Positions 18,035-26,466 of a stretch of 36,907 bases of DNA are shown piece after piece. Below the pieces are notes generated by a model that saw nothing but the letters and a program-made list of their open reading frames with translations, was not told where the DNA came from and ran no database searches. The stretch spans positions 1 to 36,907 of the IMG/VR virus record IMGVR_UViG_3300017914_002840, one strand, 5' to 3'. The DNA comes from a virus. Lineage: Duplodnaviria > Caudoviricetes. The position numbers were made by a program, and so were the translations under genes. Within the stretch, counting starts at the first letter, position 1. Every line of letters starts with the position of its first letter.

Positions 18035-18472
18035 ATGATATATGGCAGAATTAAATTAAAAGAAACCAATTACAAAATTGGTTGCGTAGACTGGAAATTG
18101 ATTAATGATCCTGATATAGAGGCATTAAATAAAATCTATCAAAAATATTGCAAATATAAAAAATTTAAAAGTGTGGTTCCTGTTTTTGACGGTGAGTACA
18201 AAGATCCAAACATTGATGTTATTGGATACTATCATGAAAACAAACTGGTAGCATTTAGTTTGATGAGGCATGTCTATCAAGATAATGACAACATAGAAGC
18301 ATACCAATTTGCATGGGATTATGAAAATCCCAAATTAAAACTAGGATTTAAATCACTTGAACATGAGTGTGCATTGTATAAAAGTAAAGGCTATAAGTAT
18401 CTGTGGTTAGGTGAAGCTAACGAATACAAAACAAAATTCGATGGCTTTGAAATACTAGGACCGGTAGACTAA
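18035..18472 (+). CDS. ATE1/Bpt-like aminoacyl-tRNA-protein transferase C-terminal (GNAT-like) domain protein
   Basis: YYHENKLVAF...AYQFAWDYENPKLKLGFKSLEHE...GYKYLWLG...YKTKF...EIL resembles ATE_C; the only convincing plus-strand gene, with its own late promoter. Confidence 0.7.
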   Translation: MIYGRIKLKETNYKIGCVDWKLINDPDIEALNKIYQKYCKYKKFKSVVPVFDGEYKDPNIDVIGYYHENKLVAFSLMRHVYQDNDNIEAYQFAWDYENPKLKLGFKSLEHECALYKSKGYKYLWLGEANEYKTKFDGFEILGPVD

Positions 18473-19228
18473 TTATTCTTTGCGTTCAATATCTTCTTCA
18501 ACACATTCTGTGCCGTACTGAACTTCTAAAATATGACAATGTTCTTTATTAGGATTTGATGCTTGATGCCACACATTTTTAGATATATCGTATGCTTTAT
18601 TTTGTTGTAATACTATGCTGTCCGTAACATTGTTGTATTCAGTAGCAATATTACAGGATCCTTTTAGCATATACCAGTGTTCAGATCTTTTGAAATGTCT
18701 TTGCATACTTAAACTTTTTCCTGGCTCTATAACAAGCTCTTTGACTTTATAGCCTGGCTTGTCTTCAAGAACTCTATACCAACCCCATAATCTTTTTGTT
18801 TTAGGTGATTTCCATTCTTCTAAAATCCAGCTGGAGGAATTTTTCTTGTTACCACCAACATCATACGCAAACTCCACAATGTCATGATATGTTTTATATT
18901 CTGGGATGTTATCTTGTTGTCGATCTCCGCCATTTGCAAATAAAATTTTTATAGGTCCATGAGTTGCTAGTGTTTTATATATGGCACCACAGGCAGTATC
19001 ATCTGCATCATCAAAACTGATAACACGATCTACCATATTTAAATTTTCAATTATTGTTGCTCTTTCTTTGAATGGCATAAACGGACGACCTTTTTTACGT
19101 GTCAGCCACTTGTCACTGTTTAGACCAACATGTAATTCGTCTCCTAGTTTACGAGCTTCTTTAAAATATTCTATATGTCCTGAATGCAAAGGATCAAAAC
19201 CACCTGTTACTAAAACTATTTTTTTCAA
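18473..19228 (-). CDS. Cytidylyltransferase (RfaE/TagD-like) fused to a cupin (type II PMI C-terminal-like) domain
   Basis: TGGFDPLHSGH, NSD, KKGRP, NGGDR; C-terminal RLWG...LSMQRHFKRSEHW...ILEVQYG...EEDIER; TTG start. Confidence 0.85.
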   Translation of the reverse strand: MKKIVLVTGGFDPLHSGHIEYFKEARKLGDELHVGLNSDKWLTRKKGRPFMPFKERATIIENLNMVDRVISFDDADDTACGAIYKTLATHGPIKILFANGGDRQQDNIPEYKTYHDIVEFAYDVGGNKKNSSSWILEEWKSPKTKRLWGWYRVLEDKPGYKVKELVIEPGKSLSMQRHFKRSEHWYMLKGSCNIATEYNNVTDSIVLQQNKAYDISKNVWHQASNPNKEHCHILEVQYGTECVEEDIERKE

Positions 19229-19470
19229 AGTTTTCTCCTATTCTTATAAAAATAAACTACAAAAGCACCTCCAGATTTGTGTAATTCAACTTGTCTAACA
19301 AAACTCATATCCATACACCATCTTTGAAATTCTTGTTTGATTGCACCATCACCTGTTACAATTACTACTTTTTTAATCAAAGGATTCTTTTGTTTTTCAT
19401 TAATCCATTGATTAAAACAACGCCATGCGTCCATAACTGTGTATCCATGTAAATCTAATTTTTCAGTCAT
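19225..19470 (-). CDS. Stand-alone Smr (MutS2 C-terminal) domain protein
   Basis: LDLHG, VIVTGDG, GGAFVV. Confidence 0.85.
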   Translation of the reverse strand: MTEKLDLHGYTVMDAWRCFNQWINEKQKNPLIKKVVIVTGDGAIKQEFQRWCMDMSFVRQVELHKSGGAFVVYFYKNRRKL

Positions 19471-19491
19471 AAAAAAAGCCTTTACTTTGTA

Positions 19492-19520
19492 ATTATAGCA
19501 AAGGCTTTTTTAAAAGTCTA
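19492..19520 (-). promoter_or_regulatory. Sigma70-type promoter of the Smr gene, within an inverted repeat
   Basis: TAGACT, 17 nt, extended -10 TGCTATAAT; flanked by AAAAAAGCCTTT...AAAGGCTTTTTT. Confidence 0.6.
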
Positions 19521-19522
19521 TC

Positions 19523-20518
19523 TTATTGTAACTTAATTAAGTTATTAGCAAATATTTCAGCACACTTTGACCAAGTAAACTTCTGCTTGGCTGTGCGTCT
19601 AATGGTGTCTGTATCCAGTTTTAAGCACTGCTGTACTGCTACTTCTAGTGATTCGTGCATATACCCAGTCACTCCTTGATCGATAACGTCTACAGGTCCT
19701 CTGCATGGAAAACCAGCAACAGGAGTACCACAACTCATTGCTTCAATCATTACCAATCCAAATGTGTCCACATGTGAAGGAAACACTTTTACATCAGCAC
19801 CAGCATACCATTTGGCCAGTTCTTTGCCATGTTTGTAGCCCACAAACTCAACATTTGGATATTTCTTTTCTAAACTTGTTCTAGCAGGTCCGTCACCTAC
19901 CACCACACAATCCCATTCTGTGTTTGTGGACAATTCGCAAAATGCTTCTATGTTCTTTTCAAACGAAACTCTATTGACTGATATCAACAAAGGTTTTTTG
20001 CCACGTTTGATTTTGACTTCATCTGTGAATATGCTTTGATCTACACCTCTGCCCCACACAACCAAATTTTGTAGTCCTGCTTGTTCAAGTTCTGTTTTCA
20101 TGCTGTGTGTGGTCACCAGTATTCTTTTAGCATTCTTGTGAATCAGTTTCATCCACCACATGGTCCATGAACGTGGTATGCCATAAAACTTGTTGATAAA
20201 GTTGGGCCAGTCTGTGTGATAACTTGTGGTATAATTGACGTGTCTGTTTTCACAGTAGTTTCTTGCAAACAGTCCTAATGGTCCTTCTGTGGCAATATGT
20301 ATGGCATCAAATTCTAATGCATCTAGCTTTGTTTTTAACTGCCAAGGATTGTATGCCAATTTCAATTCTGGATACTTTGGTGCTGATACCGTTTTGAATT
20401 GACTGGGATCAATTACAGTGAACTCATGCTGTGGTAAGTTCTTTATCATGTTAGCTAGTGTTGTGACTACACCATTAACCTGTGGCAACCATGCATCAGT
20501 AACAACTACAACTTTCAT
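19523..20518 (-). CDS. GT4 glycosyltransferase, Agt-like (diacylglycerol glycosyltransferase)
   Basis: VTDAWLPQVNGVV, HIATEGPLG, SYHT, RGVD, RVSFEKN, FPSHVDTFGLVMIEA; two genes downstream of the PlcP-like gene. Confidence 0.85.
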   Translation of the reverse strand: MKVVVVTDAWLPQVNGVVTTLANMIKNLPQHEFTVIDPSQFKTVSAPKYPELKLAYNPWQLKTKLDALEFDAIHIATEGPLGLFARNYCENRHVNYTTSYHTDWPNFINKFYGIPRSWTMWWMKLIHKNAKRILVTTHSMKTELEQAGLQNLVVWGRGVDQSIFTDEVKIKRGKKPLLISVNRVSFEKNIEAFCELSTNTEWDCVVVGDGPARTSLEKKYPNVEFVGYKHGKELAKWYAGADVKVFPSHVDTFGLVMIEAMSCGTPVAGFPCRGPVDVIDQGVTGYMHESLEVAVQQCLKLDTDTIRRTAKQKFTWSKCAEIFANNLIKLQ

Positions 20519-20757
20519 TTGTTTGTTTCCTTAAACTTTTTGATACCTGGTGCAAAAATTCTTCCAAAAACTCTGTAGATAAAAACAGCAATGATTGGGA
20601 TTATAATGTTTGGTATTTTCCACTGACTAGGTATATCAAACGAATAAAATATTGCAACTGAAACAAACACTGATCCAAATGCAACGAAAAAATCAATCGT
20701 CAAGACTTTAACAAGATTTACTAAAAACCAAAATAACTTTTTTATTTTATTTTCCAT
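20515..20757 (-). CDS. Small two-TM membrane protein between the PlcP-like and Agt-like genes
   Basis: 80 aa, hydrophobic, overlaps both neighbours. Confidence 0.6.
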   Translation of the reverse strand: MENKIKKLFWFLVNLVKVLTIDFFVAFGSVFVSVAIFYSFDIPSQWKIPNIIIPIIAVFIYRVFGRIFAPGIKKFKETNK

Positions 20758-21482
20758 TCAACAATCTCAAAACTACCATCATGGTGCTCTACTAGTGCTG
20801 TGGTATTTTCTACCCAGTCTCCGCAGTTCATGTACACAACACCATTTACCTTTTTTATCTCAGGAGTGTGTATGTGTCCTGTGATAGCACCAGCATAACC
20901 TTGTTTCTCACAATACTCGCTAACGTTCTGTTCAAATTTAAAAATAAAGTCTACTGCTTTTTTAACATTGTGTTTAAGAAATTTTGAAAAACTCCAATAA
21001 CGCATACCTAACTTTTTTCTTATTTGATTATACCATCTGTTGAGATTTTGTGAGACCTCGTATGCTGAATCTCCCAGCCAGGCCACCCATGGAGCCAATC
21101 TTGTAATACCATCAAATGCATCTCCGTGTACAACAAAATATTCTTTACCATCAGCACCTTTGTGAACTTTGTTTTCTACGATTCTAATTCTGCCAAAACG
21201 CAAATCCATATCTAACCATTTACGAAGAATTTCATCGTGATTTCCAGGTATATAAAATACCTTGGTGCCTTTTCGTGCCTTGCCAATAATTTTGCGAATT
21301 ACATTTGAATGTTCTTGTGGCCAATAGATTCTTTTTTGCAGTTTCCAGCCGTCAATAATGTCACCCACAAGGTATAGTTTTTCTGAATCGTTGTTACGTA
21401 GAAAATCGTCAAGTACTTCTGCTTGACAGCCTTTGGTACCTAAGTGAACATCTGATATAAAAATACTGCGATACTTGTTCAT
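20742..21482 (-). CDS. Calcineurin-like metallophosphoesterase, PlcP/LpxH family (PlcP-like phospholipase C)
   Basis: ISDVHLG, LVGDIIDGW, GNHD, HGD, GHIH, NCGDWVE. Confidence 0.85.
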   Translation of the reverse strand: MNKYRSIFISDVHLGTKGCQAEVLDDFLRNNDSEKLYLVGDIIDGWKLQKRIYWPQEHSNVIRKIIGKARKGTKVFYIPGNHDEILRKWLDMDLRFGRIRIVENKVHKGADGKEYFVVHGDAFDGITRLAPWVAWLGDSAYEVSQNLNRWYNQIRKKLGMRYWSFSKFLKHNVKKAVDFIFKFEQNVSEYCEKQGYAGAITGHIHTPEIKKVNGVVYMNCGDWVENTTALVEHHDGSFEIVEWKIK

Positions 21483-21515
21483 ACATGGTATTTATTTTAA
21501 TATGACTTTTAAAGA

Positions 21516-21533
21516 ATTACAGTTTTGTTACAA
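21516..21533 (-). promoter_or_regulatory. Pho box (PhoB site) candidate upstream of the PlcP-like gene
   Basis: TTGTAAC-AAAA-CTGTAAT, a 7-4-7 direct repeat, versus consensus CTGTCAT-A(A/T)A(A/T)-CTGT(C/A)A(C/T). Confidence 0.65.
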
Positions 21534-21953
21534 CTTGCCTTCTCTTAACAGCTTCTCTCTGTTGGCCATGTGCTTCATTTGAATCTCTTCTTTTGAACCA
21601 CCAAAGTATGCTACTGCATAACCTTCTGCTACCATTGTGTCCGTTAAACGTTTGTCGTTAATAATGAAGTCGCCTAGTATTCTACCAAACTTACCTTTTT
21701 TATCTTCACCTGATTTATCAATTTCTGTTTTTAATATCTGTATAGAACCTACAGGCATATGATCTTTGACAAATTGTTTACTTGCCAAACCAAAACGTTT
21801 TTCTTCTTTGTCTCTGGTTCTAGATTCAGGAGTATCAATACCCATCATTCTCACACGTTCTTTGTGCATCCAAATACCAAAGCCCAAGTCTATGTCAACA
21901 TCTACAGTGTCTCCGTCAACAATTCTCAATATTTTACATTTATATTCGTACAT
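21528..21953 (-). CDS. Thermonuclease (SNase-like) family protein
   Basis: MYEYKC...VDGDT...RVRMMGIDTPE...GKFGRILG; start moved to the ATG at 21953 to avoid overlap. Confidence 0.9.
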   Translation of the reverse strand: MYEYKCKILRIVDGDTVDVDIDLGFGIWMHKERVRMMGIDTPESRTRDKEEKRFGLASKQFVKDHMPVGSIQILKTEIDKSGEDKKGKFGRILGDFIINDKRLTDTMVAEGYAVAYFGGSKEEIQMKHMANREKLLREGKL

Positions 21954-21957
21954 GTTA

Positions 21958-22164
21958 TTATTTAAACAGATCAAGTTGTTCAGTTTCAGATTCAACTTTT
22001 GATTTTGATAAAATTTTATCTTTTATTTTTAACTTTTCTTTTTTTAAATCTATCAAATCTGACTTGTGTTCAAAATTTCTTTTCCATTGTCTTTGTTCTT
22101 CTAGTGTGTCTACTTTGTTTGATAAAGATTTATGTCTACTTTCTAATTTTGATCGATCTGTCAT
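21958..22164 (-). CDS. DUF465/YdcH-like small coiled-coil protein
   Basis: HKSL...LKKEKLKIKDKI pattern; AGGAG SD upstream. Confidence 0.65.
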   Translation of the reverse strand: MTDRSKLESRHKSLSNKVDTLEEQRQWKRNFEHKSDLIDLKKEKLKIKDKILSKSKVESETEQLDLFK

Positions 22165-22180
22165 TTTATCTCCTTTGTGT

Positions 22181-22264
22181 TGGTGCTCCGGGAGAGATTC
22201 GAACTCTCACGCCTTTCAGCACTGGTTCCTAAGACCAGCGTGTCTACCATTCCACCACCAGAGC
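22181..22264 (-). tRNA. tRNA-Leu(TAG)
   Basis: CTGGT-CTTAGGA-ACCAG anticodon arm, long variable arm, TTCGAAT, CCA. Confidence 0.96.
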
Positions 22265-22501
22265 TCATTTTATTATATTTCCCCTCTTGTATTGTCTGTA
22301 TATTATCCAATCTACAAGTAAAAAATTAAAAAACAATCCTAACGGTGTTAATACAACACCAAACAACCAAGGCAGAAGAAATATGAATCCAACTATTTTA
22401 AAAAGATAGTCAAGTACAACATAGTTTGGCACTGTCCAAACTGGCCAATTTTCTTCTGGTGGTTCTGGATGATTTCTAAAATCTTTTACTTCCCAATCCA
22501 T
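22265..22501 (-). CDS. Small membrane protein
   Basis: 78 aa with hydrophobic hairpin. Confidence 0.6.
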   Translation of the reverse strand: MDWEVKDFRNHPEPPEENWPVWTVPNYVVLDYLFKIVGFIFLLPWLFGVVLTPLGLFFNFLLVDWIIYRQYKRGNIIK

Positions 22502-23505
22502 TACTCACTCGTTTGTGTTTGTATGGTTTTGGCATTTGCTTCTTGTTTCATTTTAGAAGCTTCTGATTCAGAAATTTTTTCTTGTACAAGAAACTGATTC
22601 CCAATATTACCTTTGAATAGATATGAACCTTGGTGATCCAAATTGATGCTTGGATCCATCCAAATTGTACCGTCTAGTTCTTGCCATCTTCGACAAAATG
22701 TATAATCTTCTGACAAGTATCTTCTTGTTTCTGGATCAATGATTGTGTCAAATAATGCATAGCAATAAGGATCAAATTTTGGATCAGTGTTTAAATCATT
22801 TTTATAATGCAGATCCGGCCATTTATCCATCATTGTTTGAATAACACTTCTATCAAATAACATAAAACCTGTTCCTGCATCATACACTGGCAACAGTCCT
22901 TGTTGCAAAGGGATTCTTCCATTGTTATCTGTTCTAAGATTTAAAACATATGATGCTTGATATTTTTGCATTTCTTCTTCATCAACTTGATTTGATACAA
23001 CTTGATCTCTAATATTTTTCCAGTTGATTGTTTTCTTTGGATATGCTCCTGTTACAACTTTAACTGTGTCAGGTTGTTGAACTGCTCGCCACCAAAGTTT
23101 TAAAACATCTTCTGCAATGAAATGAATATCTGCATCAATAAACAACATGTGAGTAAATTTTGGATCACTCATAAACATTGCCACAAGTGTATTTCTACCT
23201 CTTGTGATCAAACTTTCATTTGCAATAGTGGCCAGTGTAAAGTTTAAATTGTGTTTTGCAAACAATATACCAATTTTAGTCATGGCCTTTAGATATGCTT
23301 CACCAACCATACCTCCGTATGCTGGTGTGGCAATAAACAAATGTTTGTCTTTAAACAAAGAAAGATCAATCTCAACTTTATTTCCTAGTGCTTTATCAAG
23401 ATGTTGACCATGTTGCATTTCTTGTTGTTTTTTGGCTTCTTGCTTGGCCGCTTTTTTTTGTTCGTATGCCTGTTTGCCCGGGCTTGGTTTTTTATTTTTA
23501 GACAT
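22501..23505 (-). CDS. GT-A fold glycosyltransferase-like protein
   Basis: IATPAYGG, ESLITRGRN, FIDADI, GTGFML, LSEDYTFCRRW. Confidence 0.7.
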   Translation of the reverse strand: MSKNKKPSPGKQAYEQKKAAKQEAKKQQEMQHGQHLDKALGNKVEIDLSLFKDKHLFIATPAYGGMVGEAYLKAMTKIGILFAKHNLNFTLATIANESLITRGRNTLVAMFMSDPKFTHMLFIDADIHFIAEDVLKLWWRAVQQPDTVKVVTGAYPKKTINWKNIRDQVVSNQVDEEEMQKYQASYVLNLRTDNNGRIPLQQGLLPVYDAGTGFMLFDRSVIQTMMDKWPDLHYKNDLNTDPKFDPYCYALFDTIIDPETRRYLSEDYTFCRRWQELDGTIWMDPSINLDHQGSYLFKGNIGNQFLVQEKISESEASKMKQEANAKTIQTQTSE

Positions 23506-23855
23506 TAGTCTCCTTCTCCTGGTTTTTCAGAAAATAAATCTGTTTTATCTTTTCCATAATTGTCTGGTTTATATTTTTCAGCTTCTGGCATTTGATCAAT
23601 AAGTTTTGTTAGATTAGGCCATTGTTCTCCAAACTTTTTATTAATGTCTAACCAATGCTGTTTGTCAGGTTCATCAAAACTATCAGGTTTGATAGCATCT
23701 ACTGGGCATTCTGGCTCACAAACTCCACAGTCAATACATTCATCTGGGTTGATTACCAGCATGTTTTCGCCTTCGTAGAAACAATCTACCGGACACACTT
23801 CCACACAGTCCGTGTGTTTACACATAATACATGATTGATTTACATAATACGTCAT
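23505..23855 (-). CDS. fdxA: 7Fe ferredoxin FdxA-type
   Basis: [21 protein letters not shown]...[13 protein letters not shown]; C-terminal FSEKPGEGD. Confidence 0.93.
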   Translation of the reverse strand: MTYYVNQSCIMCKHTDCVEVCPVDCFYEGENMLVINPDECIDCGVCEPECPVDAIKPDSFDEPDKQHWLDINKKFGEQWPNLTKLIDQMPEAEKYKPDNYGKDKTDLFSEKPGEGD

Positions 23856-23916
23856 TGTTTTAATGTAACATAGTTTTGTTAAAATAGCAAGTCTTATTTT
23901 AAATTTATTTAACTAT

Positions 23917-24894
23917 TTAATAATAAGTTTCAAATTGTATCATAATTCTTTTAGTGTCAAACTGTGGATTCCATGGCATAGTCATGTGATATTTTTTACC
24001 ATCCCAATAATTTAATGTACCAGGTTTACCAAATAATGTAACTCTGTCTAACGATAATCCATAAAATTGTTCTCTTTTTAGAGTATGAACTCTTGGATGT
24101 TGGCTTGTGGATAACTGTTTCCAATCATTTTCGCTGAATTCTTTTCCAGTATGTAGGCGTATGTTCTCGTTAAAACGATAAGGCTCGTCTCCTTTTAAAA
24201 AAGTAATTCTACTTTTCTTTTGCCTAGGCATGTTTTCTTCTGTGCAATCTGGCATGTAATAAGTACTCCATGGAAACCATTGATCAAATACTGCTGTTCC
24301 ATAGTATTTGTTATTGGAGTTTATTGTAATCATTCCTTGTAATGCACATGTATGGTTTTCTGGATCATTAAGTAATTTGCTGTCAGCCCATTGTTCAATT
24401 TTTGTTAGCGGAAAATCTTTTCTTCCGGTGTGCCTATCAATAATGTTATTGCCATCACAATGCACAGGCAAAAAGCTATCTAGATTATGTAAAGAAATCT
24501 GTCGAAATGTACTTGCATTAGATATATTATTTGCTTGTAATGAATCCATTATTTTAGATTTAAGTTGATGTAATATTGATGTGTCAATTGATTCTATAAC
24601 TGACGGATATAAATCATCACTATCATCTATTGAACCGTGTGAATAGTCACGTGTGCTAGTGTTATAAAATGTATAAGCAATCGTGGCTTCATTATTTTCA
24701 ATATTTTCAAAATCAAACTCAACAATTCTTGCTGGAGTTTTTAAAACTTCAGTTAATCTGTCTGAAAGAGAATTGTAAACTTTTAAAATTTCGTCTACTA
24801 TATCTTTAGATAAAAAATTTTCAGTTGTTCCGGTTGGTATTAAATTAGAGTTATAACTTTTTACTGTGTTACTTTTATCGTTAAATTCTGGCAT
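23917..24894 (-). CDS. Hypothetical protein, possible 2OG-Fe(II) oxygenase fold
   Basis: PVHCD (HxD), distal YH and KRIMIQF near the C-terminus. Confidence 0.45.
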   Translation of the reverse strand: MPEFNDKSNTVKSYNSNLIPTGTTENFLSKDIVDEILKVYNSLSDRLTEVLKTPARIVEFDFENIENNEATIAYTFYNTSTRDYSHGSIDDSDDLYPSVIESIDTSILHQLKSKIMDSLQANNISNASTFRQISLHNLDSFLPVHCDGNNIIDRHTGRKDFPLTKIEQWADSKLLNDPENHTCALQGMITINSNNKYYGTAVFDQWFPWSTYYMPDCTEENMPRQKKSRITFLKGDEPYRFNENIRLHTGKEFSENDWKQLSTSQHPRVHTLKREQFYGLSLDRVTLFGKPGTLNYWDGKKYHMTMPWNPQFDTKRIMIQFETYY

Positions 24895-25832
24895 GGCTTG
24901 TCCTCATATTCATCATTATCATAATCTAAATCTAAAATAAAATTTATTTTGTTTTTTAACTTCTTACTAGGATTATATATATTAAGAATTCTTTGGTAAT
25001 AACTATGGTTTTGTTTTTCTATTCTGCTTGGATGATTGTGTATTATGTAATTTTTAGAAAGTGTTGCTATCCAATAAATTAATATTCCGTATTCTTTTAG
25101 TCTTTTTGTGTTTACTTCAAACTCATGTTTAATATATCCATCAGCTGTTGTTGTTATATCAGGTACTTTACAATCTAGTATAGTTGTTAATTTTTGATCT
25201 ATATTATAAAAATTATCTATTTTCCAATACAAATCTGTATTTGTATTTTGTTCAAAGTAACCTGTATCCAGTATAGGATTAGGCAGTATTGGTTCAGTAA
25301 TTGCTTTTAAATTTATTCCGGTTGTGCTTTCTACTTCACTAACCCCATTGTGTTTTTTTGCTAACACTTCAGGATACACATGAAGACTAATATTGCTTGG
25401 AATAATTTTTTTTGGTTTATACTGTTTACAAAGATCTAAAAATATCTTCATACTACGATTTTCTATTAAATGATCTCCAATTGATTCACTTATTATAGGA
25501 TCTATAGCTGTATCGCGCACTAATCTGTAATCATCAATAATAGTAAAATTATTGTATCCATTATTCTTTAATAGTTCATTACATAAATGTCTTGCGTTTG
25601 TGTTACGTTCAACACAATACACATGCTTTGCGCCGGCCTGTAAAGCAAATGACGATAGTATACCACTACCTGCACCAAAATCAATAACTGTATCTCCAGG
25701 TGATATGGTTTCTTTAATAGCTGAATTCCATGACAAAGTTCGATATTTGTCATTGATCATAGAATGATGACTATTAGTGTGACTATATTTTCCTTTAAAC
25801 ATACTATAAAAATTCTTTAAATTTAGCTTCAA
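24861..25832 (-). CDS. Class I methyltransferase, protein-arginine methyltransferase (PRMT)-like
   Basis: HHSMINDKYRT, VIDFGAGSGILS...AGAKHVYCVE, ISESIGDHLIE, IIP; start may be the ATG at 25802. Confidence 0.7.
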   Translation of the reverse strand: MKLNLKNFYSMFKGKYSHTNSHHSMINDKYRTLSWNSAIKETISPGDTVIDFGAGSGILSSFALQAGAKHVYCVERNTNARHLCNELLKNNGYNNFTIIDDYRLVRDTAIDPIISESIGDHLIENRSMKIFLDLCKQYKPKKIIPSNISLHVYPEVLAKKHNGVSEVESTTGINLKAITEPILPNPILDTGYFEQNTNTDLYWKIDNFYNIDQKLTTILDCKVPDITTTADGYIKHEFEVNTKRLKEYGILIYWIATLSKNYIIHNHPSRIEKQNHSYYQRILNIYNPSKKLKNKINFILDLDYDNDEYEDKPCQNLTIKVTQ

Positions 25833-25850
25833 GTATATTTATTTGAAATA

Positions 25851-25940
25851 TGGCGGAAGGGGTGGGATTCGAACCCACGATAGAGTTGCCCCTATGCTGG
25901 TTTTCAAGACCAGTGCTTTCAACCGCTCAGCCACCCTTCC
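25851..25940 (-). tRNA. tRNA-Ser(TGA)
   Basis: GGAAGGG acceptor, CTGGT-CTTGAAA-ACCAG, long variable arm, TTCGAAT, GCCA. Confidence 0.96.
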
Positions 25941-25944
25941 AATT

Positions 25945-26466
25945 TTATTCCACAATGTTAAAGTTTTCTCCTTTAACTACTATGCTTTTTTCATCCACTG
26001 CAAATACATTACTGTCAAATAATTTTTGTATTGCTTTTGGTAATCTAGATTTGGCAACATCTGTGTTTTTGTCTTTTAAATTTTGTGAAAATTTCAACTT
26101 TTTAAAATGTCCAAACATACTAACAGAATCTTGTTGCAATTTATTTAACAGCCATTGTTCTGTTTTCATTTCTTTTTTGAATTCTTCATCTTTTGCTTTT
26201 TGCTGTTTTAGTTGTTCTTTGTCGGTTACAATATCTGTGATGTTAAATTTGTTTTGCACTTTTTTTGCACTTTTTTGATGACAATACCAACTGATGCCAT
26301 TAAAAATAAAAGAGGGAATTGTCTGGTCGCATTTATATCCATAATCAATTTCATGCTTTTTGATAAATTCTAAGACTTCTTTGTCTTTGTCATCTGCACC
26401 AATAATTGCACATGGAAAACCATTGCACCAATTTTCTTCAATTATAAAATATTTTATCCAAACCAT
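25945..26466 (-). CDS. Hypothetical protein
   Basis: 173-aa ORF in the operon direction. Confidence 0.55.
   Translation of the reverse strand: MVWIKYFIIEENWCNGFPCAIIGADDKDKEVLEFIKKHEIDYGYKCDQTIPSFIFNGISWYCHQKSAKKVQNKFNITDIVTDKEQLKQQKAKDEEFKKEMKTEQWLLNKLQQDSVSMFGHFKKLKFSQNLKDKNTDVAKSRLPKAIQKLFDSNVFAVDEKSIVVKGENFNIVE

Noticed and set aside
22181-25940. tRNAs with TAG and TGA anticodons as suppressors or tRNA-Sec
   Set aside because: Anticodons UAG and UGA read CUA (Leu) and UCA (Ser); both have ordinary class II structures.
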